Shown here in pieces: positions 29,581 through 39,713 of a stretch of 64,000 nucleotides of DNA. How positions within the stretch are numbered: position 1 is the stretch's first letter; the number at the start of each line of letters is the position of its first letter. The notes under the pieces were generated by a model, which did no database searches, was not told where the DNA came from, and saw nothing but the letters and a program-made list of their open reading frames with translations. Source of the DNA: an uncultured Nitrososphaerota archaeon (GTDB taxonomy: Archaea; Korarchaeota; Korarchaeia; Korarchaeales; Korarchaeaceae); NCBI GenBank assembly GCA_964594835.1, contig CAZQNA010000003.1, positions 64,001 to 128,000 on the forward strand, written 5' to 3'. Position numbers and translations under genes: made by a program.

Positions 29581-31266
29581 TCAGATAAGTCTCCCCTTGA
29601 AGTAGTCGTCCAGGATCCTGCGGACGCGCTCCTCCTCCGGCAGGGGCCTCTTGGTCTCAGGGTCTACTGCGTGGGCCGCCCCGTTGATGATCCTGGTCTC
29701 TATCTCTCCCCTGGCGTATGGGTTGTTCTTCAGGTGGGGGGCGTCCAGTATCCCCACCTTCAGGGCCCTCGCGAGAGTCTGGGGGTCGGTCCACGGGTCC
29801 TTGACCCCAGGGTCTGCGATCTTCCTTATGGCGTCCAGCGTCACCTTTGCCTCCCTCACCAGCTCCTCCCTCCTCGCATGGATCTTCGGGTCCCTCGTCA
29901 CGTCGGGCAGGCCGTGCAGCGTGTCGCTGATCACCTGGTGCACGATCTTGCCGCTCTCTATGATCTCCTCGGCCGTGGCCGCATGGTCGGGCTCGGTGTA
30001 CGCGACCATGTGGATTATGTGGGGCTTCAGGTGCATCTGCATCGTCACGGAGTAGGCCATGTGGCCCTTGGCCGCGTCCAGGTCGGGCGGGTAGCTGGAC
30101 AGGCCCGTCCTGGTCTGGATGAAGATCTTGAAGTTCTCGTCCTCCAGGGGCTTGATTATGTCTATCTTGGCCAGCTGCTTGGCCAGGTCCATCTCGGCAG
30201 AAATGCCGGGCGGGAGGTCGAACATGAGGGTGGCGATGTAGTGCCTCACTCCCGCCTTCTTGGCGTTGTAGGCGGAGAGGAACGCGTCTGCGACGGCGAT
30301 GACGTCAGGGGCGTCCCTGAGCTCGAAGTGGTGGGGCTCGTTCAGCTCGACCGGTATGCCCCTCTCGCCGTGCCAGGCCATCAGCCTCTGGTGCTCGTCT
30401 ATGGCCTCGACCAGGTCAAGGGGGCCCCTCCCGTCGAGCCTGCTGAACCAGAACAGCGGGATGGCCGCCCAGGCGTTCTTGATGGTCCTGACCAGGAGGT
30501 CGGCCATCTTGAACAGGTCGCTGGTCCCCTGGTAGCACCTGAGGAGCGGGTAGTTGCCCGTCCTGGTCGCCTCGTATATCTTGACGAGGTCGTCCTCTGA
30601 CCTTATGGGAACGCCTCCGGCTCCGGCCCTCCCTGGATCCCACTTCTCTGGGTGGAAGAAGTTCTCCTGGAACTCCTGGTCGGGGGCTATCGAGATGACG
30701 TCTATCAGCCTGGACTCCGCCACCTTCCTGGCGGCCTCGACGGTCTCCTCGACGGAGCTGAGCCCCAGGTGCTGCCGGATTATGGGGTACGGGTACTTCC
30801 AGGCGATCCTCTCCACGGTCGTCTGCGGATAGTGCTCCTCACCCTTGCCGGCCTCACCCCCTCCCTTGAGGTAGGAGACGACCTCGTCCATGGTCTCCCT
30901 GCCGCTGAACACCCTGTCGAAGAAGCCGAAGCTCTCCGCCACCTCTGCCACCGGAGGAGTCCCTCCGAAGACGTACCTCTTGCCCTCGAGCCCGGCCTCC
31001 CTCACGGCGCTGATGAATCGCTCTATCCAGTACCTCCCGGACTCCGGCATCAGCCTGTAGCTGATCCCGACTATGTCAGGGTCCGTCTCCTTTATCGCCG
31101 CCACGATCTCCTCGGGGGTGTTTGCCGGCCCCAGGAATATGGTGTCGTAGCCAACCTGCTCGGCCAGCCTCAGGAACTTGATTATCCCGGCCACGTGCAC
31201 GTCCTCACCAAGAGCGGCGGCGAGGATCTTGGGCCGCCTCTCCTCGCTCTTCTCGCCGGACGACAT
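29581..31266 (-). CDS. Single-chain cobalamin-dependent mutase-like protein (B12-binding domain plus TIM barrel)
   Basis: DxHxxG motif EDVHVAG, ISYRL and FGG of a base-off B12 domain; ~420-aa C-terminal domain with weak GlmE-like features; in an operon with glmL. Confidence 0.8.
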   Translation of the reverse strand: MSSGEKSEERRPKILAAALGEDVHVAGIIKFLRLAEQVGYDTIFLGPANTPEEIVAAIKETDPDIVGISYRLMPESGRYWIERFISAVREAGLEGKRYVFGGTPPVAEVAESFGFFDRVFSGRETMDEVVSYLKGGGEAGKGEEHYPQTTVERIAWKYPYPIIRQHLGLSSVEETVEAARKVAESRLIDVISIAPDQEFQENFFHPEKWDPGRAGAGGVPIRSEDDLVKIYEATRTGNYPLLRCYQGTSDLFKMADLLVRTIKNAWAAIPLFWFSRLDGRGPLDLVEAIDEHQRLMAWHGERGIPVELNEPHHFELRDAPDVIAVADAFLSAYNAKKAGVRHYIATLMFDLPPGISAEMDLAKQLAKIDIIKPLEDENFKIFIQTRTGLSSYPPDLDAAKGHMAYSVTMQMHLKPHIIHMVAYTEPDHAATAEEIIESGKIVHQVISDTLHGLPDVTRDPKIHARREELVREAKVTLDAIRKIADPGVKDPWTDPQTLARALKVGILDAPHLKNNPYARGEIETRIINGAAHAVDPETKRPLPEEERVRRILDDYFKGRLI

Positions 31267-31279
31267 GCAACCACCCAGC

Positions 31280-31321
31280 GGTAAGGTGTTGCCGGGTTGG
31301 CGCGCGTCGGTTCTTTAAAAA
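31280..31321 (-). promoter_or_regulatory. TATA box (TTTTAAAG) and proximal operator GGCAA-CACC-TTACC of the B12 operon
   Basis: Minus-strand TATA at 31320-31313; operator at 31293-31280 matches 19448-19461. Confidence 0.65.
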
Positions 31322-31371
31322 CCCTAGCAAATATCCCAGATAAATGTTTATTACTTCCATATAATCTCAGT

Positions 31372-31398
31372 TTACCGGAAAAGGGTAACATGATTGCC
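31372..31398 (-). promoter_or_regulatory. Distal putative operator GGCAA-N5-TTACC-N7-GGTAA
   Basis: Plus strand ttaccggaaaagggtaacatgattgcc; same layout as 19351-19376. Confidence 0.6.
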
Positions 31399-31636
31399 AG
31401 GTGGCCGATCTGGGCGGCCGGGCGGCAGACAACGGTTGGGGGGATCCGGTGGCGGAGATGATCGATTTTAGCCGCAGCGCCCGACCTCGTTCACAGAGTC
31501 CTGGGATCGGCCGTCTGTTGAAAAACGGCATCTTGTTGGGATTACGTGCCTTTCCCCAACTCCGGCAAGGTGGTCGAGATCCCCGCCCCCCTCCAAGCTG
31601 GTTAAGACAATGGTTATGACCTAGTCCCGGCGCGGG

Positions 31637-32185
31637 GTGGGCGTGCCCGACCCTGAGAGGGATGCGGTGATCACGGTGGCCGAGCTGATGCTCGTGGCCG
31701 CCAGGACTGCGCCGAAGGCCAAGGGCGTCGACTCCATCGAGACCGCAATATTGCTGGGCGACGACCTGGCCGAACTGGCCGACGAGATGCGGCGCCTGGC
31801 CGGAGTGCGCGGCCGCGCGTTCTACGCGAGGGACGCCGGAAACGTCGAGTCGTCGGACTGCGTCGTGCTAATTGGCTCCAGGGCCCACGAGCCACTGGGA
31901 ATGGACTGCGGCATGTGCGGGTACCGGTCCTGCGCGGAGAGGCTGAGGGCCTGGCGGGAGTCTGGAGCCCCCATGAGGGGACCCTTCTGCGAGTTCAAGG
32001 TCATCGACCTGGGGGTGGCGGTGGGCTCCGCGGCGAAGCTGGCCTCCTCGCTGAACGTGGACAACAGGGTCATGTTCAGCGTCGGGGATGCCGCCATCTC
32101 GCTGGGATCTCTTCCGGGGGCCACCTTGGCGCTTGGGATACCCCTCGCGGCCCGGGGAAAGAGTCCGTTCTTCGACAGGAGGTAG
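31637..32185 (+). CDS. DUF2148 ferredoxin-domain protein
   Basis: AARTAPKAKGVD, DCGMCGYRSC, DLGVAVGSA, VDNRVMFSVG, KSPFFDR. Confidence 0.88.
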   Translation: MGVPDPERDAVITVAELMLVAARTAPKAKGVDSIETAILLGDDLAELADEMRRLAGVRGRAFYARDAGNVESSDCVVLIGSRAHEPLGMDCGMCGYRSCAERLRAWRESGAPMRGPFCEFKVIDLGVAVGSAAKLASSLNVDNRVMFSVGDAAISLGSLPGATLALGIPLAARGKSPFFDRR

Positions 32186-32253
32186 GGATATTCTGTCATA
32201 GTGAAATATTAAGTTATCTGTTCCAGCGGGCGGGATCTCCGCGGAGACCGCTG

Positions 32254-32658
32254 ATGGCAAAGCGGGTGGCAGTCGTCGACTCCGGCCTGTGCGTCGGGTG
32301 TGGAAGCTGCATGCTCGCGTGCAACCGGCGGTTCGCAGAGGTTGGCTACGGTAAGACGGCAATACACATCAAGAGCGCGGGCGGGATAGAGAGGGGCTTC
32401 GTCGTCATAGTCTGCAGAGCGTGCGAGAATCCCCCCTGCGCAAAGGTCTGCCCGGAGGACGCCCTCCTGCCAAGGGAGGGGGGAGGGGTCAGGCTGCTCC
32501 CGAACAGGTGCATAGGGTGCGGCTACTGCGTCGAGGCCTGTCCCTTCGGCGCAGTCCTGTGGGACCACGAGCTGGACAAGCCTGTCATCTGCACCTACTG
32601 CGGCTACTGCGTCGATTACTGCCCCTACGGGGTTATCGAGATGAGGGAGGTGGGGTGA
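32254..32658 (+). CDS. 4Fe-4S dicluster protein (AOR small subunit)
   Basis: Four CxxCxxC-type motifs; directly upstream of AOR. Confidence 0.9.
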   Translation: MAKRVAVVDSGLCVGCGSCMLACNRRFAEVGYGKTAIHIKSAGGIERGFVVIVCRACENPPCAKVCPEDALLPREGGGVRLLPNRCIGCGYCVEACPFGAVLWDHELDKPVICTYCGYCVDYCPYGVIEMREVG

Positions 32659-34425
32659 GTGGCATCTAAGCTGCCCGTGAACCTGTCCAAGGTCCTCTAC
32701 GTCGACCTCACGAGGAAGAGGTCGTGGGTCGAGGACAGGAGGGACCTAGTTGACGAGTACCTCGGCGGGGTGGGCCTGGCGGTGGCCCTCGCCAGGGAGG
32801 AGGGGATGGACAGGGCGGGCCCGCTGGAGCCCGAGAGCACGGTGGTGTTCGCGGTGGGCCCCTTCAACGGCGCCTACCCCATGGGCTCCAAGACAGTAGC
32901 GGTGTTCAGGAGCCCGCTCACCGGGAACCTCGGCGAAAGCTACGCCGGCGGCAGGAGCAGCCTGGCCATAAAGTTCGCCGGCTACGCGGCCATCGTGATC
33001 AGGGGGGCCAGCGACTCCCCGGTCTACCTGGCCATTCACGAGGACGAGGTCAAGTTCAGGGACGCCAGCGCCCTTTGGGGCATGACGAGCAGCGAGACCG
33101 TGGGGAGGGTGATCCGCGAGAGGGAGCCCAACCCGGGCTTCAGGACGATCATGAGGATCGGCCTCGCCGGGGAGAGGCTCGTCAGGTACGCCTGCGTCAT
33201 CACGGAGACCTACAGGCACTTCGGGAGGCTCGGGCTGGGGGCGGTGTTCGGGGCCAAGAGGCTGAAGGCGCTCGTGGTCTCGGGCCGGAGGTCCCTGGAG
33301 GTGCCGGACAGGAGGGGCTACAGGGAGGTGTTCGACGAGCTGTACGAACTCTCCACCAAGTCCAACCTCATGAAGAAGTACCACGACCTGGGCACGCCGA
33401 TGAACGTGCTCCCCCTGAACGAGATCGGGGCCCTGCCCACGAGGAACCTGAAGTCGGGCAGGTTCGAGATGGCGGAGGAGATCTCGGGGGAGCGCATGGC
33501 CGAGAACTACCTCATACGCAGGGTGGCCTGCTCCGGCTGTCCCGTCGCCTGCATCCACCTGGCGGGGATAAGGGAGCCATACCCCCACGAGAAGTACTTC
33601 TACAAGACCACGGTAGTCTCCTACGACTACGAGCCCACCTACTCTCTCGGGAGCATGCTGGGCGTCGGAGACGCCGAGTGGCTCCTCAGGCTCATCCACG
33701 AGGTGGAGAGGGTGGGCCTCGACGCCATGAGCACCGGGGTGGCGCTGGCCTGGGCCACCGAGGCGCTGGAGCGCGGGCTGATCCTGGAGGAGGACGCCGT
33801 CGTGAGGCTTGAGTGGGGGGCCGCCGAGACGTACCTCAGGGCAATCTCCCTGCTGGTTGAGCAGCCGAACGAGTTCTACTCGACCCTCGCCCTGGGTGTC
33901 GAGGCGGCGGCGAGGAGGTATGGGGGGCTCGAGTTCGCCATGGCCTTCGGCGGGAACGAGATGCCCGGCTACCACACGGGCCCGTCCGCCCACATCGGCT
34001 TCCTGATAGGCGGGAGGCACAGCCACCTGGACAACGCCGGCTACTCCTACGACCAGAAGAGGACGGAGCTGCCGGACCCCGAGAGGGTCGTCGACGACCT
34101 GATGGAGGAGGAGGCCTGGAGGATGGTCCTCAACAGCCTGGTGGTCTGTCTGTTCGCCAGGGGAATCTACAGGCCGGAGACGGTGTCGAGGGCCCTTGCC
34201 CCGCTGGGGATAAGGCTCTCGCCCGAGGAGCTCAGGGGGCTCGGGTGGAGGATCTACGCCGAGAGGATGAGGCTGAAGGTGGACATGGGCTTTGACCCGG
34301 CCGGCCTTAGGGTCCCCGAGAGGATATACGAGACCGAAAGCCCGCACGGCGCCATAACCCCGGAGTTCATGTCCAGGGCTCTGAGAAGGTTCAGAGAGAG
34401 GCTCGAGGAGCTCGCGCAGCGGTGA
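32659..34425 (+). CDS. Tungsten-containing aldehyde:ferredoxin oxidoreductase family protein
   Basis: YLGGVG, SPLTG, ESYAGG, GRLGLGAVFGAKRLKA, CSGCPVAC, YEP, GLDAMSTG, NSLVVC. Confidence 0.92.
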   Translation: MASKLPVNLSKVLYVDLTRKRSWVEDRRDLVDEYLGGVGLAVALAREEGMDRAGPLEPESTVVFAVGPFNGAYPMGSKTVAVFRSPLTGNLGESYAGGRSSLAIKFAGYAAIVIRGASDSPVYLAIHEDEVKFRDASALWGMTSSETVGRVIREREPNPGFRTIMRIGLAGERLVRYACVITETYRHFGRLGLGAVFGAKRLKALVVSGRRSLEVPDRRGYREVFDELYELSTKSNLMKKYHDLGTPMNVLPLNEIGALPTRNLKSGRFEMAEEISGERMAENYLIRRVACSGCPVACIHLAGIREPYPHEKYFYKTTVVSYDYEPTYSLGSMLGVGDAEWLLRLIHEVERVGLDAMSTGVALAWATEALERGLILEEDAVVRLEWGAAETYLRAISLLVEQPNEFYSTLALGVEAAARRYGGLEFAMAFGGNEMPGYHTGPSAHIGFLIGGRHSHLDNAGYSYDQKRTELPDPERVVDDLMEEEAWRMVLNSLVVCLFARGIYRPETVSRALAPLGIRLSPEELRGLGWRIYAERMRLKVDMGFDPAGLRVPERIYETESPHGAITPEFMSRALRRFRERLEELAQR

Positions 34426-34549
34426 GGGGATCGCCGTATCGCAATAGTTGAAGAGTCATAAATCTATAGGTGTTTCTCAATGTTTATACATTAGGCCAGC
34501 CCTGGCGGTTCGCTCCCGCGCAGGAGGCGGGAGGAGGTGGTGCGAGGGC

Positions 34550-35743
34550 ATGGGAGAGACAAGAGTGTTGATCTTGGGAGGAGGGGCAGTCGGGACCATG
34601 GTGGCCAACAAGCTGGCCAGGGATCTCAGGGCGGAGATCGCCAGGGGCGAGGTGAGCGTGACCGCCCTGGACAAGAGCCCGACGGCGGTGAACCAGGCGG
34701 GCTTCACCTTCGTCCCCTTCGGCTACTACACCGAGGAGGACCTGGTCAGGCCCAGGGCCCTGATCCTGAGCCCGAGGGTGAGGGCGTACCTGGGAGAGCA
34801 CGGGGAGATCGCGAGGGTGGACCTGGCCAACCGGGAGGTGGAGGTTAAGACCGGGAGGAAGTTCTCGTACGACTACCTCCTGATTGCCACGGGGTGCACC
34901 GTCGACCCCGGGGCTGTCCCAGGGCTGGAGAGAGACTTCAACTCGTTCTACACCTCTATTGAGGACGCCAAGAAGCTCGGAGAGAAGATCAGGGAGATGA
35001 AGGGCGGGAAGATCGTGGTCATGACCCCGAAGATGCCCATCGCCTGTCCCGGAGCCCCCGGCAAGTTCACCGTACTCCTAGACGACTACCTGAGGGGCGT
35101 GAAGGAGAGCAGGGACGACTTCGACATCACCTTCCTCTGGCCCGTCCCCAGCGTCGGCCCGCCGGCCTACAACGAGAACATCACCGCGAACTTCAAGGAG
35201 AGGGGGATAGAGGACGTCAGGGAGTTCAAGCTCGAGAGGGTGGACGAGGGCAAGAAGGAGGTCGTGGCCGAGGGCGGGGAGAGGTACAAGTACGATCTCC
35301 TGGTCACGGTCCCGCCCCACAAGGGTGTGAAGGCCCTGAAGGACTCCGGCATAACCGACGAAGACGGCTGGGTCCCCTCGGACAAGTACACGCTCCAGTA
35401 CAGGGGGCCGGCCGGGAGCTACGACGAGGTCTTCGTGGCCGGCGACGCGGGCCCGAAGGAGATCCCCAAGATGGGCGTGACGTCCCACTTCCAGGCCTTC
35501 GTCGTCGGGGAGAACATACTGCGGGCGATAAGGGGGATCGGCGACATGGTGATCTACAGGGGGCACATGGGCTGCCCGTACGTCGGGGGCGCCCCGACTC
35601 CCGCCAGCAGGGGACTGGCCACGCTGGCAGTGTGGAAGTACGGAGTGCCGCTGGGACCGTTCAAGCCGGCCAGGCTCGGCTGGAGGGTGTACAGGATGTA
35701 CTACTACATCTTCTGGGACTCGACCCTGAAGGCCCTGATGTGA
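34550..35743 (+). CDS. Sulfide:quinone oxidoreductase-like flavoprotein
   Basis: GGGAVG, YDYLLIATG, ACPGAP, VPPHKG, AGDA, GCPY; followed by DUF1641 as is typical. Confidence 0.8.
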   Translation: MGETRVLILGGGAVGTMVANKLARDLRAEIARGEVSVTALDKSPTAVNQAGFTFVPFGYYTEEDLVRPRALILSPRVRAYLGEHGEIARVDLANREVEVKTGRKFSYDYLLIATGCTVDPGAVPGLERDFNSFYTSIEDAKKLGEKIREMKGGKIVVMTPKMPIACPGAPGKFTVLLDDYLRGVKESRDDFDITFLWPVPSVGPPAYNENITANFKERGIEDVREFKLERVDEGKKEVVAEGGERYKYDLLVTVPPHKGVKALKDSGITDEDGWVPSDKYTLQYRGPAGSYDEVFVAGDAGPKEIPKMGVTSHFQAFVVGENILRAIRGIGDMVIYRGHMGCPYVGGAPTPASRGLATLAVWKYGVPLGPFKPARLGWRVYRMYYYIFWDSTLKALM

Positions 35744-35752
35744 TTTTGGGAG

Positions 35753-36136
35753 GTGGTTGTGGTGGGAGAGCACGTGGAGGAGGTACTGGCCCTGAGCAAG
35801 GAGGATTTGGAGGCCCTCTCTGACCTGCTGGGAGTCTACAGAATGATGATGGACATGATGACCGATCAGCTGATCAGCGAGTTCAGCAAGATCGCCTCTA
35901 CCCTGTTCAAGCTGCTGAACGGCCTGGTGAGCACCGACCTGGTGGACGTGCTTGAGAGGGCCCTTCAGGATCCCGGGCTGGACAGGGCCCTCATGAACCC
36001 GCCGAAGGTCGGCCTGGGCGGGCTGATGGGCGCGATGCGGGACGAGGACTTCCAGAGAGGGCTCGGGGTCATGGTGGAGCTCCTCAAGGCCCTGGGCCGG
36101 GCGGCTAGGGAGGTCTCCTCCATAAAGAGCGGGTAG
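35753..36136 (+). CDS. DUF1641 protein
   Basis: PPKVGLGGLMGAMRDEDFQRGLG...LKALG. Confidence 0.85.
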   Translation: MVVVGEHVEEVLALSKEDLEALSDLLGVYRMMMDMMTDQLISEFSKIASTLFKLLNGLVSTDLVDVLERALQDPGLDRALMNPPKVGLGGLMGAMRDEDFQRGLGVMVELLKALGRAAREVSSIKSG

Positions 36137-36299
36137 GCGCCGTCAGCCGGCGCCCCCTGGCCTCCACTTTTTCTGATCGAAGCGCGCGGGTGGGCGGAAG
36201 GCGCCGCCGTCTCACGGGATCGACGACCCCACCGGGCGCGGTCCCTCACCCTGTCACCCGCGAGGACTGCAAGAAAGTGTGGTGAGGGCGGATGGGCCC

Positions 36300-38303
36300 T
36301 CACAGGAACAGAGGGGCGAAGGTCAGAGCCACTATGGTGATCAGCTTCACGAAGATGTGGAGCGAAGGTCCAGCGGTGTCCTTGAGTGGGTCTCCAACAG
36401 TGTCCCCGACCACTGCGGCCTTGTGGGGATCCGACCCCTTCCCGCCGTGGAGTCCAGACTCTATGAGCTTCTTGGCGTTGTCCAGGGCACCGCCCGCGTT
36501 GATCATGTAGACGGCGAGCAGGCCGCCCACCACGGTGCCGCCCACTATGAAGGCCCCCAGGGGCTTGACCCCGAAGGCCGCCCCCACGACTATCGGGGCG
36601 GCGAGGGTGATGAGTGTCGGCGGGATCATCTCCTTCAGGGCGTGCCTCGTCGAGATGTCGACCGCCCTGGCGTAGTCAGGCTTGGCCTTCCCCTCGAGGA
36701 GGCCAGGTATCTCCCTGAACTGCCTCCTGACCTCAGCCACCATCTCGCTCGCCGTCCTGCCGACGGCCCTGATCGCCATGGCGGAGAACAGGAACGCCAG
36801 GGTCCCGCCGAGGATCAGCCCCACCAGGATGTAGGGCTCCCCTATGTCTATGGCCACGCCCCCTCCGACGGAAATCGACTGGAGGTAGGCGGCGAAGAGG
36901 ACGAAGGCGGAGAGTACGGCGCAGGCCATGGCGTATCCCTTGGTGATGGCCTTGGTGGTGTTGCCCACGGCGTCCAGCACGTCGAGGCTGGACCTGATCT
37001 CATCGCTGAGCCCGCTCATCTCCGCTATCCCGGCGGCGTTGTCGCTTATGGGGCCGAACGTGTCGGAGGCCATGATTATGCCGGTGGTGGAGAGGATGCC
37101 CACCGTGGCGGCGGCGATGCCGTAGAGCCCGGCCAGGAAGTAGGCCGCCGCAACGACGACGGAGATCACTATCAGGGGCAGGAAGGCGCTCTCGAGGCCA
37201 ACCGCAAGGCCTGTGATGACGTTGAGCGCCGGCCCGAACCTGCTGGCGTCGGCTATGTCCCTCACGGGCCTGTACCCAGTCCCGGTGTAGTACTGAACTA
37301 TGAGCCCGACGAAGAGGCTGGCCGCGAGCCCGAGGAGGGCGGACTCGAAGAGCCTCGGATCCCCGAGCATCCTGTCCGCCAGAAAGTAGAAGGCGACGGC
37401 GTTCAGCACTCCCGCGGAGAGGAGGGCCAGGTTGATGGTCTTGACCGGGTTGTCCGTCTCCTCCCTGATCAGGAGGATGGCCACGATCGTGGAGAGGACG
37501 CCGAGGGACTCGGCCAGGAGCGGGAACAGGACGCCGGCCTCCCCGTACCTGGCCATGAACGCCAGGCCGAGGATCATCATGCCGATTATGTTGTCGGAGA
37601 AGGACTCGAACAGGTCCGCGCCACGCCCGGCGCAGTCCCCGACGTTGTCACCCACCTGGTCCGCGATGACCGCCGGGTTCCTGGGATCGTCCTCGGGTAT
37701 GCCCACCTCCACCTTCCCCACGAGGTCCGCGCCTATGTCGGCGGCCTTGGTGTAGATCCCCCCTCCGAGCTGGGCGAACAGGGCGGCCAGGCTCGCGCCG
37801 AGCCCGAAGGGGACTATCGCCTCCAGGGCCGCCTCCTCCGCCCCGCCGAGGAGGGCCTTGAAGGCCGCGTAGAGCCCCCCTATCCCCAGCACGCTCAGGC
37901 CGACTATGGCGACGCCCATGACGGCCCCGCCCCAGAAGGCTATCTTGAGCGCCTTGCCGGGAGACTTCACGGCCGCGGCGGCGGTCCTGACGTTGGCCCT
38001 CGTGGCGGCGGTCATGCCTATGTAGGCCGCGAGCAGGGAGAGGCCCGACCCTATGAGGAAGGACAGCGCGGCCAGGCTCCCCCTGGCGACTCCGATGACG
38101 ACCGCGAGCGCGAGGATGAAGTAGGCTATCGTGGTGTACTGCCTCCTCATGTAGGCGCTGGCCCCCTCCTGGATGTAGGCGGCGATCTCCCTCATCCGCT
38201 CGGTGCCCGCGTCCTCCCTGTTGACGCTGTAGTACAGGAACTGGACGAAGGCTAGAGCTACAACTCCAATTACCACCGGGAGCAACTCTATCATTTCGGG
38301 CAC
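36300..38303 (-). CDS. hppA: Membrane-bound pyrophosphatase, K+-independent H+-PPase type
   Basis: [38 protein letters not shown] (Lys variant), [10 protein letters not shown]. Confidence 0.95.
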   Translation of the reverse strand: MPEMIELLPVVIGVVALAFVQFLYYSVNREDAGTERMREIAAYIQEGASAYMRRQYTTIAYFILALAVVIGVARGSLAALSFLIGSGLSLLAAYIGMTAATRANVRTAAAAVKSPGKALKIAFWGGAVMGVAIVGLSVLGIGGLYAAFKALLGGAEEAALEAIVPFGLGASLAALFAQLGGGIYTKAADIGADLVGKVEVGIPEDDPRNPAVIADQVGDNVGDCAGRGADLFESFSDNIIGMMILGLAFMARYGEAGVLFPLLAESLGVLSTIVAILLIREETDNPVKTINLALLSAGVLNAVAFYFLADRMLGDPRLFESALLGLAASLFVGLIVQYYTGTGYRPVRDIADASRFGPALNVITGLAVGLESAFLPLIVISVVVAAAYFLAGLYGIAAATVGILSTTGIIMASDTFGPISDNAAGIAEMSGLSDEIRSSLDVLDAVGNTTKAITKGYAMACAVLSAFVLFAAYLQSISVGGGVAIDIGEPYILVGLILGGTLAFLFSAMAIRAVGRTASEMVAEVRRQFREIPGLLEGKAKPDYARAVDISTRHALKEMIPPTLITLAAPIVVGAAFGVKPLGAFIVGGTVVGGLLAVYMINAGGALDNAKKLIESGLHGGKGSDPHKAAVVGDTVGDPLKDTAGPSLHIFVKLITIVALTFAPLFL

Positions 38304-38435
38304 CGCTCCGCCCTCTCAGAGCCCAATTTAACGTTATATGAGTCAGCGCGACGCGGACGGTTGCGCGGCCGAACCTAACCGGCAGACTTGCCTTCCGAGA
38401 GAGGTCCGGAGCTGCACGACGTGATCGGCGTTCCA

Positions 38436-39101
38436 CTAGGCCGGTGCGGCCCCGCTGACCTCCTGACCGAGCCCCCTCCCCAGGATGAGCTGGATAAGCC
38501 TCCTGAGCGGAGCCTCCACATTCTCCCCTCTGAGGGCGGATGTGCCGAAAACCTCCAGCTCCTCCAGACCCGTGAGATCCCTCACCTCATGAGGAGAGAG
38601 CGCCCCCTCCAGGTCCTGCTTGTTGGCCACTAACACCACCGGGATCTCAGGCAGGACGACGCGGATCTCGTGGTAGACGACCCCCGCCTCCCCCACCTGG
38701 TCAGGCCTGGAGGAGTCCACCATGAGTACGACGCCGTGAGCGCCCCTGACAAGGGCCTCTCTGACCAACCTGAACCTCTCCTGACCCGGTGTACTGACGA
38801 GTTGAATCTCTATGACCATCGGAGATGGCCTATCTCGGCCAAACAGTCGACCAAAGAACCCTACTCCTCTTCTCTTGGCCTCATCGCGCCTCATGATCTC
38901 TCCACTCTGCGGATCCACGGCCACGAACCCGACGTCCATTCCGATGGTCCTACCGGACTTGTCGACCATCAGGACGGCCCTGTCATCCAGGGACCGGAGG
39001 TACGTGGTCTTGCCCACCCCCGACGGCCCCATTATGACTATCTTCATCCTCCCGCGCCCGGGAACCGAGGATTCTCCTCCCGAGGAGTTCCCATCCTCCA
39101 T
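38436..39101 (-). CDS. Small GTPase, MglA/Rup-like
   Basis: G1 GPSGVGKTT, G2 TIGMD, G3 STPGQ, G4 NKQD, G5 SAL. Confidence 0.88.
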   Translation of the reverse strand: MEDGNSSGGESSVPGRGRMKIVIMGPSGVGKTTYLRSLDDRAVLMVDKSGRTIGMDVGFVAVDPQSGEIMRRDEAKRRGVGFFGRLFGRDRPSPMVIEIQLVSTPGQERFRLVREALVRGAHGVVLMVDSSRPDQVGEAGVVYHEIRVVLPEIPVVLVANKQDLEGALSPHEVRDLTGLEELEVFGTSALRGENVEAPLRRLIQLILGRGLGQEVSGAAPA

Positions 39102-39134
39102 CCTACACCCCCTGGCCCCACCTCTGACCCGAGA

Positions 39135-39689
39135 TCAGACTCCGCTGAACACAACCTCGCAGTAGGGGTCCCCCATCGCCACGCACTTCACCTCATCAGC
39201 GTCTAGGTCGCCGGTGAAGCCTACCTCGGAGAGCACGACCTTCAGAACACCCGCAAGCAGCCACTTCATGGGGTAGCAGATGGGGCTCTCGGAGGAGGTT
39301 ATGCCCGTGGCCTCCACGTAGGGTCTGGAGATCCTCACGACGATCCTCGGGGGGTCCTCACTCATCTCCACGAGTTGAAACTCCCCCCAACCCATCTCAG
39401 GCATTATCTGCTCCACTATCACCTTGACCATCTTCCAAGGATCCTCGATTCCCCTCTCAACGAGCAATTCGTGGACGTTCGCCCCGCAGGCTATCCCCGC
39501 CCGGTAGGCAGCCTCCCTGAAGGCGGCGTCGGCGCCGTGATGGCCGAACAGCCTCTCGATCACGGCGCCCAGCATCCCCAGGAGGAGGGCCGGAGCTATC
39601 ACGACCCTGCTCCCTCCAAGGAGCAGGCCAGCCTCCTCCCGCCTGATCATGAAGATCAGATCATCTCCCCTCGATCCGTCCGCTGACAA
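39135..39689 (-). CDS. V4R-domain protein
   Basis: MGWG, PICY, EVKCVAMGDPYCE. Confidence 0.85.
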   Translation of the reverse strand: MSADGSRGDDLIFMIRREEAGLLLGGSRVVIAPALLLGMLGAVIERLFGHHGADAAFREAAYRAGIACGANVHELLVERGIEDPWKMVKVIVEQIMPEMGWGEFQLVEMSEDPPRIVVRISRPYVEATGITSSESPICYPMKWLLAGVLKVVLSEVGFTGDLDADEVKCVAMGDPYCEVVFSGV

Positions 39690-39713
39690 GGCCTACACCC
39701 ACCTCCAAAGGGC

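Noticed and set aside
31400-31630. Possible cobalamin riboswitch upstream of the B12 operon
   Set aside because: Only short hairpins, no B12-box consensus, and it lies upstream of the predicted TATA
36279-38255. 658-aa plus-strand ORF, and similar long antisense ORFs (19617-21143, 32746-34347, 23706-25103)
   Set aside because: Shadow frames of GC3-rich genes on the opposite strand; no recognisable motifs
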